From assembly GCA_041577335.1 (NCBI GenBank), contig JBFGJH010000002.1, forward strand, positions 16,389 to 80,388: 64,000 nucleotides of DNA, written 5' to 3'. This DNA is from Acidimicrobiia bacterium (lineage in GTDB: Bacteria; Actinomycetota; Acidimicrobiia; Spongiisociales; JAENVV01). The translations under genes and the position numbers were made by a program. Shown piece by piece: positions 57,904 through 64,000 of this stretch (position 1 is the first letter of the stretch; the number at the start of each line of letters is the position of its first letter). The notes below the pieces were generated by a model. That model did not search any database, was not told where the DNA came from, and saw only the letters and a list, made by a program, of their open reading frames with translations.

Positions 57904-58767
57904 TTAGTTACGTGATTCGAATGACGCTTGCTCGAGCGGCCGGCCGTAAGCAGCCGCAATTCTGTTTTCCATTTCGCCGATCTTGGCGATGACTTCGTCC
58001 GGTTCGTCGGTTGTCAACACGTGAACGTAGAGATGGTCATCCCGGATCTCCAACGCAACCGAGCCAGGCGAGAACGAGATCGCGTTCATGAGGAGCATGA
58101 TCTCGCTGCGAGAACGAAGCCGGAGCGGAGCCTCGACGACGGCAGGGCGGATTTCGTCCACTGGGAGCGCCATCGTGCGGATCACCTGCAACGTTCCCGC
58201 TATGACTTGACTGGCGAAATACCAGGCGAATGCGGCCGTCGCGATCGGGTGTTTCAGCACCTCGGGCCATCGAGGCGCCAGAGCTCGAAGTTGCAGCGCC
58301 AGCACTCCTGAGACGACGAGCCCGCTTGCGATCACGTTCGGCCGCAATGATCCAAAAAGCGCTATCCACGCAATCAGCAGGATGAGCGCGAGCATGGGGG
58401 GCGAGCCTCTCTTTTGCCGCGCGCTCGTTGATTCCCTCCGTGAGCGCTCGAGATCCACAGCCGCCATACGGGACGGCCTGGGCGTCTCTGGGTCGTAGAG
58501 AGCAGCTCGGGCGAGGAGGCTCATTCCCAATGGTGCTGAGATGAAAAGGAGCGCGACAACCAGAACCACGACCAGCGCTCCGGCAACGCCACCCGCTTCG
58601 ATTGCGGTCCCGATCATGACGCCGATGACGCCGACGGTGGCTGCCTTGGTGGAGGCATGCATCCGGGCAAAAACGTCGGGGAACCGAAGGAGCCCCACTC
58701 CGCCGAGCGAGGCAGCCAACGCGCCCCCCACGACGAAGACCGCAGCGATCCAATCGGCGACACTCAT
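57904..58767 (-). CDS. mrpGE: Mrp antiporter subunits G and E in one continuous reading frame (mrpG-mrpE fusion or read-through)
   Basis: The N-terminal part LLRFPDVFARMHASTKAATVG is the MnhG signature. The C-terminal part ALPVDEIRP...MNAISFSPGSVALEIRDDHLYVHVL is the MnhE signature. No stop codon lies between them. Confidence 0.65.
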   Translation of the reverse strand: MSVADWIAAVFVVGGALAASLGGVGLLRFPDVFARMHASTKAATVGVIGVMIGTAIEAGGVAGALVVVLVVALLFISAPLGMSLLARAALYDPETPRPSRMAAVDLERSRRESTSARQKRGSPPMLALILLIAWIALFGSLRPNVIASGLVVSGVLALQLRALAPRWPEVLKHPIATAAFAWYFASQVIAGTLQVIRTMALPVDEIRPAVVEAPLRLRSRSEIMLLMNAISFSPGSVALEIRDDHLYVHVLTTDEPDEVIAKIGEMENRIAAAYGRPLEQASFESRN

Positions 58768-59027
58768 CGCTTGGTCTCCGCCTCGATGTAACGCGCAACG
58801 ACGATCGTCCCGATGAACGCGATCACGACAGCGACCACCATGAGTGGCAGGTAGGTCGTGTCGCCGCTGCGGACGATATACACGCCGATCCCACCGACGC
58901 CGAGATGGAGCAGGGTGTCGACTGCCACCATCCGGTCGGCGACCGAAGGTCCTCGAACCGCGCGGACGAGCGCGGCGGCACCTCCGACGATGAGCAAGAC
59001 AGTCGCGATCGTCGTTGCCAGGATCAT
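58764..59027 (-). CDS. mrpF: Mrp antiporter subunit F
   Basis: It is 87 aa, with GPSVADRMVAVDTL as the MnhF signature. Confidence 0.75.
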   Translation of the reverse strand: MILATTIATVLLIVGGAAALVRAVRGPSVADRMVAVDTLLHLGVGGIGVYIVRSGDTTYLPLMVVAVVIAFIGTIVVARYIEAETKR

Positions 59028-60496
59028 GCCGGCGATCCCAGGACAAAGGCACGGTACGCGCCAGGTTCGAGCAGGTCGATTGCCGCCTGTTGCGCATAGT
59101 CGAGCAGCGGCTGTGCCGCGAGTGCAATGAACAAACCCACCACCACCATGCCGGCGGTGGCGCCGATCATCCCGGTCGGGAGGCGGCGAATCTCACCGTC
59201 GGCTGGTGTGCCCCAAAATACACCGGACCATATCTTGGTCATCGAAAAGAGCGTGAGCACACTGGCGAGAAGCGACACGCCCACGACAGCCCATTGCTCG
59301 ATTGCGAAGCCTGCCTCGACGAGAGCGAGCTTGCCCACGAATCCAGAAAACGGTGGGAAGCCGGCGAGGCTGAACGCCGCAGGGAGAAACAATGCGGCAA
59401 CGACCGGGCTGCGCCTGGCGACACCGTTGACGCGGTCGATGACTCCGGTGCCTTCCGACGCTTCGACGAGACCGCCAACGAGGAACAGCGACGCCTTCAC
59501 GATGATCTGGTGGACGACGAACACGACCGCCGCCGTGACGCCGGCAACCGTGAAGAAGCCAAGCCCCATGATCATGTAGCCGATCTGACTCACGATGTGG
59601 AAGGAAAGGATTCGTTTCACATCCTTCTGCGCAATTGCGCCGAGGACTCCGACGACCATGGTCAGACCGGCGATGATGAGCATCAGCGTCGAAGGGCCGT
59701 CGCTCGGGAAGATCAATGTTTGGGTTCGAATGATTGCGTACACGCCGATCTTCGTGAGCAGCCCGGCAAAGACGGCAGTCACCGGCGTTGGAGCTACCGG
59801 ATAGGAGTCGGGAAGCCAGAAGAAGAGCGGAAAGATGGCCGCCTTGATTCCGAAAACCAGGAACAACATCCAGCCGATACCAGCCCTGAGACCGCTCGGC
59901 ACCTGGCCGAGCTTCGTCGTCAGGTCAGCAATGTTGACGGTCCCGGCCACCGAGTAGATGAGAGCGATGCATGTCAGAAGAAGTGCTGACGCCACGAGTC
60001 CAATCACGACATAGCTGATCGTCGCCCGGGTCTGAGCGCCACCTGCTCGGTAGGTGAGGAGAACGTAGCTCGCCGTCAACATGATCTCAAACGCCACAAA
60101 CAGCGTGAAAAGATCTCCCGTCAGGAGCGCGAGGGCCACGCCGGCCGCGAGCATCTGATAGACCGCATGGAAGCCGCGAAGCTCCTCATCGGTGGCTCGC
60201 TGGCTCACCGCAAAGACCAAAACCAGGACGAGGGCGACCGCCGACGTGAAGAGCAGCAGGGCAGCCAAACGGTCAGCGACGAGGACAATTCCAAACGGCG
60301 CCTCCCACCCCGCGACGTTGGCGACGATGGGTCCGGAGTTGCCCACAGTGAGGAGGAGCCAGCCTGCTACCGAGGCGAGTCCAAGTGATGCGGCTATGCC
60401 GATGATGCGCTGCCCAGTCAGGCTGCGCAGCGCCACTAGCGACATCGCAGCACCAAGGAGAGGAATGGCGACGGGGAGAGTGGCCACAGTGCTCAT
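59024..60496 (-). CDS. mrpD: Mrp antiporter subunit D (NuoN/ND2-like)
   Basis: It is a 490-aa polytopic proton-pumping-antiporter-module protein that follows MrpC. Confidence 0.85.
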   Translation of the reverse strand: MSTVATLPVAIPLLGAAMSLVALRSLTGQRIIGIAASLGLASVAGWLLLTVGNSGPIVANVAGWEAPFGIVLVADRLAALLLFTSAVALVLVLVFAVSQRATDEELRGFHAVYQMLAAGVALALLTGDLFTLFVAFEIMLTASYVLLTYRAGGAQTRATISYVVIGLVASALLLTCIALIYSVAGTVNIADLTTKLGQVPSGLRAGIGWMLFLVFGIKAAIFPLFFWLPDSYPVAPTPVTAVFAGLLTKIGVYAIIRTQTLIFPSDGPSTLMLIIAGLTMVVGVLGAIAQKDVKRILSFHIVSQIGYMIMGLGFFTVAGVTAAVVFVVHQIIVKASLFLVGGLVEASEGTGVIDRVNGVARRSPVVAALFLPAAFSLAGFPPFSGFVGKLALVEAGFAIEQWAVVGVSLLASVLTLFSMTKIWSGVFWGTPADGEIRRLPTGMIGATAGMVVVGLFIALAAQPLLDYAQQAAIDLLEPGAYRAFVLGSPA

Positions 60497-60855
60497 TGGC
60501 GCCTCCCGGCCAAGCCCACAATCCGCCTGTCTTCGATGTCGTCTTCCACCTCATCGGAGCCCTGCTCGCTCCACGACCGATAGGCGAGGGCCAACAGAAA
60601 CGCCGTGATGCCGAAAGTGATCACGATGGCGGTGAGCACGAGGGCCTGCTCGAGCGGGTCCGAGACCGCAGCCGGGTTGAGCCCATCGATGATGGGCGGT
60701 GCTCCTGGCCTTCCGCCCGAACCGAGAATCAGAAGGTTGGCCGCATGCGCGATCAGGCCGAGACCGACGATGATCCGACTGAGGAGCTTCTGCAGCACGA
60801 GGTACGTCCCCGCGCCGAAGAGCACTCCTGCTGCAAGGGCGATAGCAAGGGTCAT
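60493..60855 (-). CDS. mrpC: Mrp antiporter subunit C (NuoK-like)
   Basis: It is 120 aa with three TM helices, and LIAHAANLLILG is NuoK-like. Confidence 0.8.
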   Translation of the reverse strand: MTLAIALAAGVLFGAGTYLVLQKLLSRIIVGLGLIAHAANLLILGSGGRPGAPPIIDGLNPAAVSDPLEQALVLTAIVITFGITAFLLALAYRSWSEQGSDEVEDDIEDRRIVGLAGRRQ

Positions 60856-61283
60856 GACGGCTCCTCTTCGCCGAGGCGCAGGATGCCGGTTGCCACGAGC
60901 CCAACTACGACCAGATACACCCCGGCGTCGAAGACCAGCACCGACGTGAGCTTGACGACGCCGATCGCCGGGACTGTGAAAGAAGCTGAGAGTGCTGCGA
61001 GGAACTGTTCGCCGATGACCAAACCGAGCGCTCCGGCTGCGAAAGCCGTCGTCAGGCCGATCCCGGTGATGACCTCGGGGTCGACGTGGAGCGCTTTGCG
61101 GAGTCCGCGATGTCCGTAGGCCAGATAGATCAAGAGCACAGCCGCGGCAGCCGCAAGCCCGCCTGCGAACCCTCCCCCTGGAGCGTCGTGGCCAACGACC
61201 AGTAGGTAGATGGAGAACACAAGGAGAATCGGGATCATCGTCCGTGCTCCTGTAGCGAGGAGGGGCGAAAAGCGGACCTGCAT
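60852..61283 (-). CDS. mrpB: Mrp antiporter subunit B
   Basis: GHDAPGGGFAGG is the MnhB motif. Confidence 0.8.
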   Translation of the reverse strand: MQVRFSPLLATGARTMIPILLVFSIYLLVVGHDAPGGGFAGGLAAAAAVLLIYLAYGHRGLRKALHVDPEVITGIGLTTAFAAGALGLVIGEQFLAALSASFTVPAIGVVKLTSVLVFDAGVYLVVVGLVATGILRLGEEEPS

Positions 61284-63553
61284 CAGCTGCCTACCTTCGG
61301 CTCTTTGCGTTGGCGTGCGTTGCCGGCCAAGCCGAGCGCGCCGATGCCAATGGCAGCTGCCGCCAAGACCGTGATCTCGCCAAGCGTGTCGAGCGCACGG
61401 AAATCCGTCAGAATCACGTTGACCACGTTGCGTCCCCCGGCCTCGACGGCGTTGTTTGTGTAGAACTCGGCGACAGAGCGGTCAGGCGTCACCGAGGTCG
61501 CCGCCAGAGCCGCCGCAGTCACGAATGCGCCGGCGAGAATTGCCACCGCAAGGCGAATAGGGCGAGAGAGCGACCTGGGCTCGGCTCCGAAGCGGCGGGG
61601 CAATTTGGCCAGCACCAAGGCAAACAACGCGACAGTGAAGGTCTCAATCAGAAGTTGGGTGAGCGCCAAGTCCGGGGCGCCAAAACTGAGGTAGATCCCG
61701 GCCACCATGTAGCCCACCGCGCCGAGGAGGAGGACTGCTGCCATTCTGCGCCGAGCCCGGGTGGCTGCGATGGCCGATACGATCGCGGCGGTGGCCAGCG
61801 CCAATTCGACAGGATTGTTCGCCAGCCTCCAGGTGAATTCGGCATCGAATCCTGTGAGAGCCACCGCAGCGGGAACCACGAACACCGTGGTCAAGATCAC
61901 AGCGACGTACACCGGAAGCGAGCCGTTCTGGACGATGGCGGTCACCACATCGGCCCCATGGTTCAGTCCTTGAATTGTGGATCTATAGGCCTTTTGGGCG
62001 TCAGGAAACCGAGCCACGCCGAGTCTCGCCATCGATGCGCCCGGGCGCGCCACCCATACATACACTCCCGCGCCCACCGCCAGAACCAATGCTGAGACCG
62101 CCAAGGCCGGCTTGAACCCGGGCCAGAGAACCAATTTGATGCTTTCGTCCACTGCGGACGAAATCACGCCTTCGAGCGGCTCAGGAAACAGGCCGAATAT
62201 GATCGAGGCTGCTGCGAGTAAACCGGGAGGCAGGACGAGGAGCCACGGGGCCGGCGTCGGTCTTGCCAATCCGGCGTCGGGTGAGCGACCACCGAACGCT
62301 CCAAGCCAGAAACGCGCCGTATAAGCAACGGTGAGCGCGGATGCCAAGGCTGAAACCAACAGAGGCAGCCAATCGCCGTTGCTGATCAAACCGTCGAAAG
62401 CCGCCTCTTTTGAGACGAACCCCAACAGTGGCGGCGCGCCGGCCATGGACAGCGCGCATGCAGCTCCGATTGCGGCCAGGCCTCGATGTGATTTCCCAAG
62501 GCCGTTGAGCCTGCGGATGTCCCTCGTCCCCTCTAGGTTGTCGATGGTGCCGACAACCAGGAACAGCGCCGCTTTGAAGACCGCATGAGCAACGAGCACA
62601 GCCACAGTCAGCCCAACGGCGCCAAGCCCGATGAGCGCCACCATGAACCCGAGCTGGCTGACCGTGCCGTGGGCAAGGAGAAGCTTCAGGTCGTGTTGGC
62701 GCATAGCTTGCCAGGCGCCAAGCATCATGGTGAAGAGCCCGACACCCGTCACTGCATATAGCCAGATCGGTTCGCTCGAGAAGCCGGGGGCAAGCAGCAC
62801 CAGAAGCACGATTCCGGCTTTCACCATGGTTGCGGAGTGCAGGTAGGCAGAGGCTGGAGTGGGCGCGGCCATCGCTCCGGGCAACCAGAAATGGAACGGG
62901 AACTGCGCTGATTTCGTAAAGGCACCAAGCAGGATGAGGCCAATGGCAACCGATGTGGCAGTGCCGGTAGGAGGGGCGGCGACGATCTCCGGGATCGACG
63001 TCGATCTAGACACATCGGCAAGCAACACAAAACCCGCGAGCATGGTTAAGCCGCCGGCGGTTGTCACAAGCACTGCTTGGACCGCGGCCCCGCGAGCCGC
63101 CGCTTTCTCGCTGTCGAATCCGATCAGGAGGAACGACGCAATAGTGGTGATCTCCCAGAAGATGAAAAGTCCGAACAACTGGTCGGATGCAACGATGCCG
63201 GCCATCCCCCCGGAGAAGAGCAGCATGAGAGCGAGAAATCTCACCCGTTTGCGTGGGTCAGTCATATAGCCCCAGGTGTAAATCGCGATGAGCAGGCCGA
63301 TGGCCGCAACGACGGTGGTGAGCAAGAGGCTCAAGGAGTCGATCTCGATGCCAACGGTCACACCGAGCGACGGAATCCAATCGAGCGATGCGGAGGAGGG
63401 AAGGGGTTCAGCGGCGAGAAACCCGACCGTAATGAGTTGGGCGACGAAGGGGGCGAGCGCGATTGCCGGTGCGGCTTTGCGAAGGCGGACGCCCGCCACG
63501 CCGAGCAGCGCGGCGGCGACGAAGTAGGTAGCAATGGATATCAACAACGGCAT
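61283..63553 (-). CDS. mrpA: Mrp antiporter subunit A (NuoL/ND5-like with C-terminal MrpB-like domain)
   Basis: It is a 756-aa polytopic protein with NuoL-like core motifs (WLPGAMAAPTPASAYLHSATMV). Confidence 0.85.
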   Translation of the reverse strand: MPLLISIATYFVAAALLGVAGVRLRKAAPAIALAPFVAQLITVGFLAAEPLPSSASLDWIPSLGVTVGIEIDSLSLLLTTVVAAIGLLIAIYTWGYMTDPRKRVRFLALMLLFSGGMAGIVASDQLFGLFIFWEITTIASFLLIGFDSEKAAARGAAVQAVLVTTAGGLTMLAGFVLLADVSRSTSIPEIVAAPPTGTATSVAIGLILLGAFTKSAQFPFHFWLPGAMAAPTPASAYLHSATMVKAGIVLLVLLAPGFSSEPIWLYAVTGVGLFTMMLGAWQAMRQHDLKLLLAHGTVSQLGFMVALIGLGAVGLTVAVLVAHAVFKAALFLVVGTIDNLEGTRDIRRLNGLGKSHRGLAAIGAACALSMAGAPPLLGFVSKEAAFDGLISNGDWLPLLVSALASALTVAYTARFWLGAFGGRSPDAGLARPTPAPWLLVLPPGLLAAASIIFGLFPEPLEGVISSAVDESIKLVLWPGFKPALAVSALVLAVGAGVYVWVARPGASMARLGVARFPDAQKAYRSTIQGLNHGADVVTAIVQNGSLPVYVAVILTTVFVVPAAVALTGFDAEFTWRLANNPVELALATAAIVSAIAATRARRRMAAVLLLGAVGYMVAGIYLSFGAPDLALTQLLIETFTVALFALVLAKLPRRFGAEPRSLSRPIRLAVAILAGAFVTAAALAATSVTPDRSVAEFYTNNAVEAGGRNVVNVILTDFRALDTLGEITVLAAAAIGIGALGLAGNARQRKEPKVGS

Positions 63554-63612
63554 GGGGAGAAACCACCATCGGTAGAGGAACCAGCGACGGCCCCGTCAGA
63601 AGCATTCGTTGC

Positions 63613-63981
63613 TCAGGGAGTTTCGGATGCCTGCAACCGAGCAAGGTGCCGGTAGTCGGGCCGGCCCAGGGCGATCACTCGGTCCTCGGGATCCAGATCG
63701 CTGTCAGCTGAGAACAACTCCGTGTAGCCGTTTCTCTTCACCACGAGCGGGAGCGTGACGAGTTGAGCTTGTTGTGGTTCTACTGGGGTGCCTTCCGCCA
63801 TGAGGGACTCGGGATCCGCCACCACGTACTTGAGCTCCGTTGTCCGATCCTGATCCAGGTCTGCGTCCCAGGCGGCCAAATCGATATCTCTGCCAAAGAG
63901 AAGCTGGCCTCCCAACTCCTCGAGCATGGCGACCATCGACTGCGTGGTGCCTTGTGGCAGTGCTGCGTAGATCTCGGGCAC
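63613..63981 (-). CDS. Hypothetical protein
   Basis: It is a 122-aa acidic ORF near the window edge. Confidence 0.3.
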   Translation of the reverse strand: MPEIYAALPQGTTQSMVAMLEELGGQLLFGRDIDLAAWDADLDQDRTTELKYVVADPESLMAEGTPVEPQQAQLVTLPLVVKRNGYTELFSADSDLDPEDRVIALGRPDYRHLARLQASETP

Positions 63982-64000
63982 TCCGAGCTTTCCGGAAGCA

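Noticed and set aside
58768-59127. The first 120 aa of the 407-aa ORF upstream of mrpG
   Set aside because: It is an Arg-rich out-of-frame overlap with mrpF and the end of mrpD. The MnhG signature starts at the Met at 58767.

Overview
This is high-GC (about 67%) DNA, most likely from an Actinomycetota genome, though I infer the taxon only from composition and gene content. I found no transposase, integrase or CRISPR array. Positions 98 to about 30360 hold one large cell-surface glycan biosynthesis locus. A long minus-strand operon (11124 down to 973) encodes a Wzz/BY-kinase-like co-polymerase with a degenerate P-loop, four PAPS-type sulfotransferases, a CE4 polysaccharide deacetylase sandwiched between two of them, two GT4 glycosyltransferases and a Wzm/Wzt ABC-2 exporter. 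A fifth gene at 98..976 on the plus strand runs convergently and is a fourth-family sulfotransferase. Next come two tandem paralogous secreted parallel beta-helix proteins, one ending in three SLH domains and the other in a (PDPDEP)n repeat tail. After these come a polytopic membrane protein and a three-gene cassette: a flavin-dependent halogenase with WxWxIP and FxxPxxSxG motifs, an acyl-CoA-dehydrogenase-like protein and a stand-alone adenylation enzyme, with no visible carrier protein. The locus continues with a CapD/WbpM-type sugar dehydratase, a WecA/MraY-type initiating transferase, more GT4 enzymes (one fused to a GNAT domain), a separate GNAT and an SDR epimerase. It ends at an initiator-like tRNA-Met(CAT) with its own terminator, followed by a SulP/STAS sulfate permease. 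The remainder is ordinary housekeeping and accessory content. This includes a PadR/flavin monooxygenase divergent pair with clear operator palindromes, a short-form UvrA paralogue, an FMN reductase, a thioredoxin-type ArsC, an SH3b/SLH lipoprotein, LtrA, a TetR regulator, a 5'-nucleotidase and an SDR-DUF2867 protein. The window closes with a complete Mrp cation/proton antiporter operon in the atypical order A-B-C-D-F-G-E, with G and E in one reading frame. The most interesting hypothesis is a sulfated surface polysaccharide made by a split bacterial analogue of N-deacetylase/N-sulfotransferase logic, possibly further decorated by a halogenated acyl or aminoacyl group. All functional calls rest on motif-level reading of the translated ORFs. 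No database search was possible.
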